In this document: piece by piece, positions 1-10,219 of the stretch
How the letters are laid out: every line of letters begins with the position of its first letter
Position numbering within the stretch: position 1 is the stretch's first letter
Made by a program: the position numbers and the translations under genes
Notes under the pieces: model-generated
What the model saw: the letters and a program-made list of their open reading frames with translations, nothing else
What the model was told of the DNA's origin: nothing
Databases searched by the model: none
Source of the DNA: Paramoeba atlantica
Lineage: Eukaryota; Protista; Discosea
Assembly: GCA_977017575.1 (NCBI GenBank)
Contig: CDRNVI010000043.1
Coordinates: forward strand, 372,001 to 436,000
Length of the DNA stretch: 64,000 nucleotides
Direction: 5' to 3'

Positions 1-730
1 ACAGATTACGGGCAGGCATGGGACACATACATTCCCAAACCCTCTCATCACTACTGACCCTCTCCCATCTTCACCACACCTCCTTTCCCCCCCACACCGC
101 AGTAACCACTAGTCCGCTCTCCCTCCCCTGTGCACCACAGTAACCCCACTTTCTCTTTCTCCTCCACAATAACCATCAACGACTTCATTGATGCTCTTCA
201 ATCATCATGCTTTATTGTATCCATGTCATGTCCGCAGCAATTTCCCGGAGAAAACACGTGTGGACTTCATGTAGCAAACAACATGTATTGTGCTTTGTTT
301 CCTTATCTGGGTAGAGGTTACAAAGTGTTTCTATTTTGGCTGCGCCCAGCGACGCATACCCCCTAGTAATTTGTCATCCGCCCTACGCCCCTAGTTATTT
401 GTCACTGTTCTTCAAAAAAAAAATGCAAAGATTTCTGTTATAATAATTATTGACTGCCCCTATGGATTAAACGCGATTAAATATTCTGATGCTCCACCTG
501 ATAAAAAATATCTTGTGTTTTTCCTTGGTTTCTTCGAAAAAATCATATTTTCGATGCCATGGTGGTCTATTTGACGACAGATGTTCTTGAGCTGGTACCC
601 ACCCGGTCGCTGAATCATAAAAGCTACCGTAATTAAGCTTTAAGGTATCTACGGAAAATGATTCTAACTGTACCACGGCAATCCCTTGGGTTCGCATCAG
701 CATACTTTTTGTCAGGGTATCATGGCGAAA

Positions 731-1174
731 TCATGGTGCTTGCGTGGAAACTAACGTTGGATACATCTGATAAAACATTTGAAAGCCACCTGAAAGCACT
801 GATACGCTCGCAGTATCTTTTTCTGGAATGTTGATTTCCCTCATTACATCTACACAAAGGGCAGCTGCTGCGGGACCACGCTGTTGACTGAACATACAGT
901 GAAAAACAAGGGTACATTTGGAAATATTGGCCTCGTCGCGTAGAGTTTGCTTCTCAAAAAGACGTCTACGATCAGAAAACAATGTGTGGAGGAATTCCTG
1001 CATTTTTAAGCGGCATAATGATTTTGAAGGCAGATGCAAACTCTGCGGTATGTATCCCTCTGCCCGGTCCTCATCGCGCACATCTACAACAATTACTTCT
1101 TTCCGAAAAAGAGCCCCGCCCTTTATCACAGTGGCAAGCTCTGCGCTAGTTATTTTTCGTACGGACATGTTCAT
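731..1174 (-). CDS. Rhodanese/Cdc25-like phosphatase or arsenate reductase (ACR2-like)
   Basis: Motifs VIVVDVRDED, GYIPQSLHLPS and the active-site loop LVFHCMFSQQRGP. The likely start is Met68 of the 731..1375 ORF (ATG at 1174); the longer ORF starts at GTG inside a tandem repeat. Confidence 0.8.
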   Translation of the reverse strand: MNMSVRKITSAELATVIKGGALFRKEVIVVDVRDEDRAEGYIPQSLHLPSKSLCRLKMQEFLHTLFSDRRRLFEKQTLRDEANISKCTLVFHCMFSQQRGPAAAALCVDVMREINIPEKDTASVSVLSGGFQMFYQMYPTLVSTQAP

Positions 1175-1338
1175 AAGAAATATTGGGTTTTGTAAACAAC
1201 AATTTTGTTGTACTACTTCTGGTATATTACATGCAGTATGAATATACAGTACTACAGTACGAATTTCAAAACGCAACCTACCATATCCCGTGACGGAAAC
1301 GTTCTGAGAAAATAGAGAACTGAAGAAGCGAAAAAGCG

Positions 1339-1519
1339 GAAACAAATACTGTTCTCTTATTAAGCTTTTCTCCACTATTGTTCACCCTGGTTTGTTTGAA
1401 ACAAATATTATTCTCTTATTAAGCTTTTCTCCACTATTGTTCACCCTGGTTTGTTTGAAACAAATATTATTCTCTTATTAAGCTTTTCTCCACTATTGTT
1501 CACCCTGGTTTGTTCGAAA
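1339..1519. repeat. 59-bp tandem repeat, 3 near-identical copies
   Basis: Unit gaaacaaata(t/c)t(a/g)ttctcttattaagcttttctccactattgttcaccctggtttgtt(t/c) starts at 1339, 1398 and 1457. Confidence 0.95.
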
Positions 1520-2025
1520 AGTGGATTTTCAAAATCGACATGAATTTTTCTTAATTTATTTATCTTATTTTTCGAATAATGTAGTTCATGACACAAGCAC
1601 ATACATTAGGAAAATAGATATTTCAGGTTACATTATCATTTCAGGTTCACTCAAACCCCTTTTCAAACATCTCCCTCTGTTACCCGCTTCACTGGTCTGG
1701 ACTGGTGACCCGCAAACGTGACGTTGAGGGGGCTTTCATTAAAACGGTATCGATGCTTCAAACTTCGACCCCATCTCTCTTGTATTTAATGGCTATGCAC
1801 GGCGATTTTCGGCAAAGGGCACAACCCGTCGAAATACTTATCCTTATAAAATTAATTAAGAAAAGACGCAGTACAGTGTAGTCTACTCGCAATTAATTTC
1901 TGATGTCTGTGCTTTTGCAGTAGGCAAAGACAGTTGTATTGGCCTTCCAAACATGAAAATGTTTTGCCCCAAAATTGTCAGCCATACTATCGTCGGCTAT
2001 ACCAACCATTGTGTATGAGTAATAC

Positions 2026-2409
2026 TCAAAAAGGATATGGTGGCAACGGACGTTGTCTCAGAATTCCACTTATTCGTTGTTGACACCATATTTTATGTTC
2101 TTCCTCTTTCTTCAAATAATCTTGCCTGAACAGCTTTGCTTCACGAAGAGAAAGCGTTCTAACAGCTCGATTGTAAGCTTTTATACCTTCAAGATCGGGC
2201 GATATATATTCTCTAATGAAAGTTGCCATTTGCAGGCCGATTCTATGCAAAGATTGGATGTCCTGCCGCGGTGTATCCTTGTGGTATTTGTATAATTCTA
2301 GCTTGATTTTATGTCGAGCCCAGAATAATTGTGCACGATCCTGAGGATAAGCATCACGAATAGCTTGACACAACTTACGGTAAAGATGCTGTGAAGAGTT
2401 CCAAGACAT
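2026..2409 (-). CDS. LYR-motif (Complex1_LYR-like) mitochondrial protein
   Basis: N-terminal HLYRKLCQAIR LYR motif followed by the typical helical segment; 127 aa. Confidence 0.6.
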   Translation of the reverse strand: MSWNSSQHLYRKLCQAIRDAYPQDRAQLFWARHKIKLELYKYHKDTPRQDIQSLHRIGLQMATFIREYISPDLEGIKAYNRAVRTLSLREAKLFRQDYLKKEEEHKIWCQQRISGILRQRPLPPYPF

Positions 2410-2697
2410 GGAATGCCAAACTGAGTAGAAGGAAAGCGAGAAATTAAAACGTAAATAAAGTTATAAAGTTCATCGCGGACACACCGAATTGTTGGAAACT
2501 ACTGTACATTACATCGCACTACAAGTCGTGAGCGATACAATCGAGTCCGTTTTCCTGTTTGTGTTAGAAACCAAGGATTCGAACTCTATTCGGCCTCAAA
2601 TCATCGATTGACACGATATGCGCTTAAATGTGAGTTTGATGCCCTTGAAGAGCGCAGGGATCACGATACATTAGAAATTTGAGCTATAAGATTTTGT

Positions 2698-3084
2698 CTA
2701 CTTGGAGACTATTGTATTGTTCGGGCTCTCTGGAGCCAAACATCCATAGTTCTCTGTTACAGACAGTCCTGTTGTACTAGATAAAGTAATAAGACGATCA
2801 CTGATGTGCAAAAGTTGGAGATTTCGCGATCTTCCCTTATTTTCCTTGTCACTATTCATAATGGCTGTTGCTGTTGTCCTATTAGACCGGGAACATCGAC
2901 TCTCAATATTATTCTCACAATTTGGTAATGTAACAAAGTCTTTTCCTAATCTACTGCCCAACACAGCACAAGCATGCAAGAAACTTTCCTCTTCGTGATA
3001 TATGCGACGCTCAATTTCAATTAATTGACATCCCACACGTTCTCTCGGGGCGTGCTCCAAAAATTCCATGATACTAAATCGCAC
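2698..3084 (-). CDS. Possible EAF6/MEAF6-like NuA4 subunit
   Basis: QLIEIERRIYHEEESFL resembles the Eaf6 LxxLExQIYxxExxYL motif, and SDRLITLSSTT resembles the DRxFSxSS motif. Confidence 0.45.
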   Translation of the reverse strand: MRFSIMEFLEHAPRERVGCQLIEIERRIYHEEESFLHACAVLGSRLGKDFVTLPNCENNIESRCSRSNRTTATAIMNSDKENKGRSRNLQLLHISDRLITLSSTTGLSVTENYGCLAPESPNNTIVSK

Positions 3085-3737
3085 TATACATGTATGTATG
3101 TAGTAAGCATGAACCGGATAAAGTCATTACTGTTCAAAAAGGAAGAACTTAACGAGACGCACAAAACTTGTACTGGCACTGAAAGCCTATTACAGTGTAT
3201 GTAACGTACATGTTTCTTATCATGTCCCACGCGAACTAGTGCCTCAGCTTTCTTAAGGAACCTCTGACTTCCGCGTTACATCCAAGCCAAAATTTTATCG
3301 CTAAAACTCATGGTACATTTTTTTTTGTTTTTTAATTAAAAGTTGTCAATTTTTGGCAAGAACCATTTTTCTATTTTATTTTTGTCAATTTCACATGAAG
3401 TCTGATGTTGGCAACCACCTTTTAGAGAAGAGTGCCATAGATTTCGCACAAACTCAAATTTCATCAATTTTTTGACCATCCTTGACAATCATCGAGTGAG
3501 ATTTCGGTTTCGACTACTGTGTATTCTAAGGTAACCGGGTGACACTCAGTGCGATTATAGAAGTATAAAGAGAACCCGCGGTAAACCTCGTAGCCACGAA
3601 CAGGCAAGCTGGACGACACAAAACGTCGTAAGGCTCTGTTGCCTTTTTAGATGATGAATCAATGGGACCTATAAGGATAATTTTATGTGAACTACTTAGC
3701 GAAAATCTTGACAAAATCGATATCGTAGAAGACGCAT

Positions 3738-4025
3738 CGTAGACCCCCCCAGTAACAAGGATTTGACCCTTTTTCGGCGGTCCCCCAGTAACAAGGATTT
3801 GGCTCGGGAGGGTGGTTGGAGGGAGGTGTTTGGGCGGGTGGGGGTTGCTGGGCGGGTGAGAGTAGTTGCGCGGGAGCGAATGGCGTAGTTGCGGGGGTGG
3901 CTGGACAAAAAAGCAACGCATTCATGAACAAAAAGGGTCTTTTCCCACCCAAAAGGCATACCCCCCAATAACAAGGATTTGGTCATTTCGGCCCAAAATC
4001 GATTCTATTACTGGGGGGGTCTACG
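3738..4025. mobile_element. MITE-like element with 18-bp perfect terminal inverted repeats
   Basis: cgtagacccccccagtaa (3738-3755) is the exact reverse complement of ttactgggggggtctacg (4008-4025). Direct repeats cccc(a/c)(g/a)taacaaggatttg occur at about 3746, 3782 and 3962. Confidence 0.75.
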
Positions 4026-4166
4026 GTATTAGAAATTGGTAGCATACTGAAAGGGGAAAGGGGACTATGTGGTGTGCGACGAGCAGCACTCATCGCATCT
4101 ACCGAACAAGTTTCATTTCTCCCATAAAAACAAAATTTGGACTGATATTTCCAATGCGAAGGTATC

Positions 4167-6983
4167 TTACGACATGAAGACATCCACGTCTGACTTGGCA
4201 GTTGGCTCTGTGCCCCGAAGAAAAGCGTGTTCTAAAAGTTGCTCTACTGTCGCCCTCTTTTCTGAATCTCTTTCAAAGCACTTTAAAAGAAAATCTGCAA
4301 GCAAAGGGTCTAATTCTGTTGGTAAGTTTGGTGGTAAGCCGGATGTTTCAGTAATTTGCTGCATTGCTTGATACAGTGTTGCTGCCTGTCTCCATGGTGG
4401 TCGACCTCCATTGAGCATTTCCACAATTGTACACCCGAAGGACCATACGTCTGAATTGTACGTCCACTTGACTCCATGAAATGCTTCGGGCGCCATCCAA
4501 AGAGGGGTTCCCGTAATCGTCGCAGTTTCGGAACCAGTGACCAATTTTTTGGCCGTTCCAAAATCAGCAACTTTCAGAACGCCTGTTTTGGAAATCAGTA
4601 CATTGTCTCCTTTGAGATCACGATGTACAATCTGATGATTATGAAGGTGCTTTAACGCACTCAATATCTGGGTAGCGTAGCTTTGTAACGTTACTTTACT
4701 GAGGCCACCACTTGGAAGTTTTCGGCACATTTGGCTAAGGCTTCCTCCTTCAGCGTACTCCATCGCAATGGTAATGTCACGTGTGTTGCGATTCAGCTGA
4801 CAACCGTAATACTTGATCAAATTCCTATGTTCGGGAAGTTCCCTCATTAGGTTAACTTCTCTCACAATACTCTGTGCTTCCTTGAGAGAAAGTCGGTCAC
4901 GATGCTTCCCTTTTAGAGGAATGACTTTCAATGCGACAACGGTTCCTGTATCTTCTCTAAACGCTTTGAATACTTTACCGTGAGCCCCACGTCCGATGAG
5001 ATGCCCGCGGGTAAACTTCAATGTTGGGCTACTATCTGCGGATTTCGCGGCGATATCCATAAAAATATAATCCGTTGCTGAACGGGAAGTATTGTCAGAG
5101 AATGGTGAAGGACTTGGTGCTGATGACGGACTTCCTTGTGGTGACTCTGTGTCAAGATCTGATGAAAACGAGAATGATTCCTGTTGAGTTGGTGTTGAAG
5201 GACTTGAGAGTGCTCCGTTGTTCACAGTATATGCGCTTTCTTCCTCCGGCGCTGGTAGCAGAGATTGCAATGCTGGAGGTTTTTCGGATCTTACGGAACC
5301 CATTGAAGAAATAATGTCTTCTGAAGATGTAGTGAATGCCTCACACTGGCTTGATTTTTTCTTACGATAAAGCAATATACTCATTAATGCAGCGTTCAGA
5401 AGAAAACAGACGCTTATCCATACAAGAAAAATACGTTTGTAATGATGCCTGTGAAGGAAAGGGGCCAATTGTCTTGCCGTCGGAGGTAATTCTATGCTAA
5501 AAATAAGGACCGATTCCGAAGGCTGTAGTTCCGTACTGCTATGAGCAAATAATTTGTTGCGACCCTTTTTGCTTACAGTCACCGTTGGCTGCTCAAAGAC
5601 ATCTGAAGATTCCTTTGAAACGCAGTGTTTACCCCCCACAACAGCAATAGTATATTCATTCAGTCGGGCATTCGGTAGATTTCCAGAGTATACCGCGTGC
5701 ATGGAAGAGCCCGCAAGCTGAAAATTATTACTCTCCAGTGATCCAAGTAAAAGATTCAAGTTCACAACTCGCCAACCACAGCTACGACAACTGAGGTCCA
5801 AAACCTCTGCAAAAGGAACTATATTGCCGTCTTCGCCGAACCCACCAAAAACAAACAAGTAATTTTTGCCCTTTGTTCCGTCACCAACTACTATAACAGA
5901 ATGGTGACTCCTTGCGTAATGAAGCGGAGCGTATGGCTTCCATCCTAATTGCTCCTTAAAAAACCAAACTTTGTTCGTAACTGCACCGTTTGATATGAGT
6001 TGACCCCCAATCACAAACAAGATCCGTAAGGCATACAATGCGATTCGATGTCCACGTAAGCTCTCTGGCAAAAGAGCAACGACCTTTTTCTGATAAAATA
6101 TTGGCCAATGAACAGTATCGTACTCAACAATTTCCCTGGAACAGTTCACACTATCCAATACTTCCCCTGAGAAACCTTGTCTTGGTGATAACACTGCAGG
6201 TTCAATAATTTTGCTATGCTTGCGAATCCGTGAAGAATCTTTACTTGTACTTATATCCTGCTGCCTTGAGTGTCCGACAGAATGTTGAGCATTTATTTCT
6301 TTGCGTACATTATGTATCCTCACGCCGCCTCCGACCCAGATATAATCCCCAAGTTGAACAATCGTACTTTCACTCACTGGTGGAACGTTCGTTCCCCACG
6401 GCTCTCCATGCTCAGGAGGGGCATACCAATGAGGTTCTAACCACTGCTCAGTGGCCAAATCGAACACATCCGTATGTTCTGGAATATGGCCTCGTGGACC
6501 CACGCCACCTAACAATATGGCTACGTGATTGTGTATAACTGCACCAGAAGCATTCACTCTAGGAGTATGATACAACCCGGTATGATCCCCTGGGAGAGAA
6601 AACCACTTACGTTTCTCCATATCATATTTGAAATTTCTGGTGGCCCAAGTGCCATTCGAATACGTACCCCCGAAAACATAAAGACCAGATGCATACAGAA
6701 GAGTTACTGAGCCCAATCGTGGACCGTCAGGAAGAGTTTCGGTATGCGGCTTTCCGACAAGTGCGATTGAGATGTTCAATTCGGTTAAAGAACACGAAAT
6801 ATTTTTTCTGACCATAGAGTCCGCTGAGTAAACTCTATGCATATTTTCTTGGCGGAAAAACGGATCCAAGTAGGTACGACCCAAAGTCAAACCCAATAAG
6901 ACGCTCCCCACGAGAGGCAGTAATATTGTTTGAAGACAATACTGACGTTCTGACAGAGTGCTGCATACTCTATTAACCGACAT
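4167..6983 (-). CDS. Receptor-like kinase 1: N-terminal hydrophobic segment, Kelch repeats, TM helix, STE11/MAP3K-type Ser/Thr kinase
   Basis: Kelch GG motifs (LYVFGG, ILLGG, IWVGGG, LFVIGG, LFVFGG) with spaced W; TM IFLVWISVCFLLNAALMSILLY followed by RKKK; kinase motifs GRGAHGKV, ALK, HRDLKGDN, DFG, GTPLWMAPE, DVWSFGC. Confidence 0.9.
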   Translation of the reverse strand: MSVNRVCSTLSERQYCLQTILLPLVGSVLLGLTLGRTYLDPFFRQENMHRVYSADSMVRKNISCSLTELNISIALVGKPHTETLPDGPRLGSVTLLYASGLYVFGGTYSNGTWATRNFKYDMEKRKWFSLPGDHTGLYHTPRVNASGAVIHNHVAILLGGVGPRGHIPEHTDVFDLATEQWLEPHWYAPPEHGEPWGTNVPPVSESTIVQLGDYIWVGGGVRIHNVRKEINAQHSVGHSRQQDISTSKDSSRIRKHSKIIEPAVLSPRQGFSGEVLDSVNCSREIVEYDTVHWPIFYQKKVVALLPESLRGHRIALYALRILFVIGGQLISNGAVTNKVWFFKEQLGWKPYAPLHYARSHHSVIVVGDGTKGKNYLFVFGGFGEDGNIVPFAEVLDLSCRSCGWRVVNLNLLLGSLESNNFQLAGSSMHAVYSGNLPNARLNEYTIAVVGGKHCVSKESSDVFEQPTVTVSKKGRNKLFAHSSTELQPSESVLIFSIELPPTARQLAPFLHRHHYKRIFLVWISVCFLLNAALMSILLYRKKKSSQCEAFTTSSEDIISSMGSVRSEKPPALQSLLPAPEEESAYTVNNGALSSPSTPTQQESFSFSSDLDTESPQGSPSSAPSPSPFSDNTSRSATDYIFMDIAAKSADSSPTLKFTRGHLIGRGAHGKVFKAFREDTGTVVALKVIPLKGKHRDRLSLKEAQSIVREVNLMRELPEHRNLIKYYGCQLNRNTRDITIAMEYAEGGSLSQMCRKLPSGGLSKVTLQSYATQILSALKHLHNHQIVHRDLKGDNVLISKTGVLKVADFGTAKKLVTGSETATITGTPLWMAPEAFHGVKWTYNSDVWSFGCTIVEMLNGGRPPWRQAATLYQAMQQITETSGLPPNLPTELDPLLADFLLKCFERDSEKRATVEQLLEHAFLRGTEPTAKSDVDVFMS

Positions 6984-7076
6984 TTATGTACATAGAGACT
7001 AAAATTGAAGAGATTTCTTTAATCGTGGACAGCAAAAGTCACGAATAAAAGCTTGTCGCAAAGGGCTTTTTACATG

Positions 7077-7269
7077 CAGGGGGTGCACGAAAATATTGAG
7101 GATAAAATTCGTAAATGTTGGCCAATTTTGGAAGGTAGCATCGCATTCGAGAGCTCTCATAGAGTTACATGTGATATTATTACCTATCGCGCATTCTTGG
7201 GATTGTTTCCTAATTTTTTCCAATTGTTGAACCTGAATTCTGGTTGCCACAAAGTGCCATACACCCCTG
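7077..7269. mobile_element. Degraded MITE-like relic with CAGGGG(G)TG / CACCCCTG ends
   Basis: cagggggtg at 7077 and cacccctg at 7262-7269 form a short imperfect inverted repeat of Tc1/mariner style; no coding capacity. Confidence 0.35.
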
Positions 7270-7325
7270 TTCCACTTTTTTGCCCGCAATTGATTGAGCA
7301 CACCAGATGAGCTTTTCGAATTTTC

Positions 7326-7434
7326 TTTTTTAGGCTCTTCGTTATACGCGGTGGTCGCTTTCAACTTAGAAGTCACTCATGCTGCGCGCTTCGCGTTGAA
7401 AACTACCACCGCGTATGACGAAGAGCCTAAAAAA
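7326..7434. repeat. Long inverted repeat (40-bp arms, 37/40 matched, 29-bp spacer)
   Basis: The arms are 7326-7365 and 7395-7434; a diverged third copy lies at 8160-8203. Confidence 0.9.
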
Positions 7435-7871
7435 AAAATTGGCTTCGAAAGCAGGAGAAACCGGAAGGATTGGAGCCAAAATTAGCCAATTTTAGGGTAG
7501 AAATAGGGTTATTTTTGCGTATTTTTGTTCTCAGAGCACTAAATTCGACTTTTTTTAAATCACTCGTACGCATGAATGTAAGGCTACAGAACGTAATCGG
7601 TATAGAATTCGAGTCCAACGACACCATTCTTCCGGGACAAAAATACCCCTTTGGGACCGAAAAATACTTTTTGGCATTTTTTAGTCAAATTTGGGCCATT
7701 TTGGTAGGCGCACCACGGCTCATAGAAGGGGTATCTCGTGAAACCAACTGCGGAGAAAGCTAGTATATGTCCCGAACTCTCAAAATACAATAGGGGAAAC
7801 AGTTTTAAAAAAGTATTTTTTTTGCCATTTTTTTCGCCAAGTTGAATTTTTTTTGCAAAAGAATTTGGGTA

Positions 7872-8484
7872 ACCGGCACTATAAATGTAGGTTAAAATCC
7901 ATTTTTTTCTGATGATTTTTTTCCGCTCGAAAAAACTTTTACATGACTTTTTAAAACGTTTCCACTCATACTCATGTCGTTCCAACTTATATTTCAATGC
8001 TTGGAATACTCAATGGACCGCCCAGGATATACTACATTGGCCTACTACATTGGTCTACTTGGTATTGGTGACCTGTAAAAAGGATAAGGTGCGCTCCCAG
8101 ACGCTCCCAGACACTCCCATCCAGTTTGAACCCTCTTGGAAGCCACCACGGCTACCCCCTTCGCGTTGAGAACTGCTTCCGCGTTTAACGCAAAGACTAA
8201 AAAGGAAAAAATTGCGAAACGATCCAGAATAATCCAACTTTTGGTACAAATACTCGATTCTCCCCATATTTCGTATTCTCCCCATATTTCGGACGTTTTT
8301 TGGGGTCTTACCATTAGAGGTAGGGGGCACATCTGATCGAAAAAACGTGTGGTCTGGTAAGTAAGCTAAAAAAATAAATAAGAAAAGAGATTAACGAAAG
8401 ATCAAAAACTTTTTCCTGAGTCCTTTTGGGCATGATTGTTCAAACAAATTTTACTTGTTTTCAACCTACATTTATAGTGCCGGT
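7872..8484. repeat. Inverted pair of 22-bp perfect repeats with TTAA-like borders
   Basis: accggcactataaatgtaggtt (7872-7893) versus aacctacatttatagtgccggt (8463-8484); weaker similarity continues for about 40 bp outward. Confidence 0.8.
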
Positions 8485-8846
8485 GAACCAAAAATTTTTC
8501 CGAAAAAATCCGAACTTGTCGGACCCGTCCTGCGCATACGTGGGGGGGTCACCCCCGGGTAGGGGGGTGGAAAATACGTACCAGGACCCTGGCTACCCGT
8601 TCTGCGCTTTTGTTTCGAAAAATAATTTTTTCAAAAAAAAATTCGTGCGGTATGCCCCCCATGGACCCCCAAGGGTCCGATTTTTTTTTGAAATTTTTTG
8701 GACCACCGGAGCCCCTTTTATATATTTTTCTTCTATTATATTACTGTGTTCCTCTTATATTTTCACTGTTTTTGTTCACTTTTTTTTCAATAATCGAGGG
8801 TAAAGCGGTAGTTATACAACCACCGCAATTTTTTCAGCAAAGTACG

Positions 8847-9207
8847 TACTGTCCCCCCCGTACGTAAGAGTCCGCCGATTTTAGGCAATTGGACTCCTAA
8901 GTGGGGGGGTCACAATTTTTCGGACTCTTAAGTGGGAGGGGGCCGCATTTTTTCCTAAAATTTCAATATGGCCGGTTCCGTTTTTTTTTCCTCTATTTTT
9001 TCTATTTTTGTACCATCAAGTACAAATCGCTTGGAAATATTAAAAACGCAATGGGCAGACAAAAAACAAAATCAAAGAAAATAGAAAAAAATCAAAGAAA
9101 AAAAAATCTGGCGGCGCTTCGCGCCGCAGGCAGCCCGAGGTTCCGTCAAAAAGGACTCTTAAGTAGGGGGAGTACCCCGCGGACTCTTAAGTAGGGGGGG
9201 GGCAGTA
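8847..9207. mobile_element. MITE-like element with 29-bp TIRs (26/29) including TA at both ends
   Basis: tactgtcccccccgtacgtaagagtccgc (8847-8875) versus gcggactcttaagtagggggggggcagta (9179-9207). The motif ggactc(t/c)taagt(a/g)ggg is repeated at 8891, 8922, 9153 and 9181. Confidence 0.8.
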
Positions 9208-9395
9208 AAAGATTCGCGAGATCGTGTAAAAAATGAGTTTTTCACCCCTTGTTTCAGCTGTGGTAGCTAAGCAAAAAAGGTTCGTTTTTTCCACGTTTTT
9301 CAGTAACAAATTGTGTTTTTTTGTGTTTTTTTAGGTTATTTTACCAGAATTTATGTATACTTCTATCTTCCATTTCTCTTTTGAAATGTCCTGAT

Positions 9396-10064
9396 TACTG
9401 TTACCCCCCCTTACTTAGCCCCCACTTTTTGGCCCAAAACCCATACTTTGTGGTGAAGTAAGGGGGGTGAATAAGCGACTCAAGGTTCGATCAATTTATA
9501 GTTCTCTCGGAAATCCTCAAATTATTGAAGTACACTATGCTATCGACATTGAGCATAATTCCCTTTTCTTGAGTGTGCAAGCCAGACTCTTCACAGCTAG
9601 ATTTGGAAGATTCGAGGCCGACGTCCTCTACCTGTTTTCGTTAGTACAAGACGGCATCAACGTGCTGCTACTAACCCGTTGTGTCGACGAATCGTACGGT
9701 GAACCCATGACAATCTTCAAAAGTCATCATTCCTGCAGCTACGTAGCCTTCCTGTAGCCGTTAACGTTCCCCCCGGAACGTTAAACCGGACTGTGGTTTA
9801 AAATCCCGGTATGACGGCGTCGTCACCAAGAAAGTTGCACCACAAACCTTTGTGCATCGATCTTTGTGTGCCATCTGTGTCCCCCCTTGAAGACCACTGG
9901 GCGTGGCTCTGCCTCGCCTTACAACGATGCAACGGTCGGTTGCAGTGCACCCCTCCGGCTGTGTAAAGAGGTGGTAAGTTGCCTGGAGAAAAATCTGACA
10001 CCCCCCCTTACTTCACCACACGTCCAGTGACTAACTGTGGTGAAGTAAGGGGGGAGGCGAAGTA
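9396..10064. mobile_element. Putative non-autonomous element bounded by hairpinned repeats
   Basis: The motif tgtggtgaagtaagggggg occurs at 9449 and 10036, with an inverted copy at 10002-10020 and a partial inverted copy at 9403-9415. The left end tactg..ccccccc(t)tactt resembles the end of the 8847 element. Confidence 0.55.
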
Positions 10065-10187
10065 AGTAAGGTTCAAATTTACTTCAGTCTAACCGTTCAC
10101 GCATACCCAACGCTTGGCAGTGTCCTCGTGACACCCAAACGCCTTGGCGTCTGCAGGAAAAGAATCCGTTTCCTTAATCATAGTCTA

Positions 10188-10219
10188 ACTAGTATTTTAG
10201 TACGTACTAAAATACTAGT
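10188..10219. repeat. Perfect 32-bp palindrome
   Basis: actagtattttagtacgtactaaaatactagt; a related 14-bp palindrome atagtacgtactat lies at 10238-10251. Confidence 0.95.

Noticed and set aside
355-395. Duplicated cccctagt(a/t)atttgtca motif resembling a MITE end
   Set aside because: No inverted partner was found nearby, so no element can be delimited.
6999-9194. ORFs of 85-137 aa in the repeat island
   Set aside because: F/K-rich translations of poly-A/T tracts and repeats, with no coding motifs.
9600-9970. Possible Tc1/IS630 transposase remnant (WKIRGRRP ... SVSPLEDHWAWL)
   Set aside because: Only vague motif resemblance; the putative D-to-E spacing is ~60 residues rather than 34-35 and the frame has stops. 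It needs an HMM search.
8847-10064. CRISPR-like array from the repeated G-tract motifs
   Set aside because: Spacing is irregular, orientations are mixed, there are few copies and no cas genes; better explained as transposon ends.
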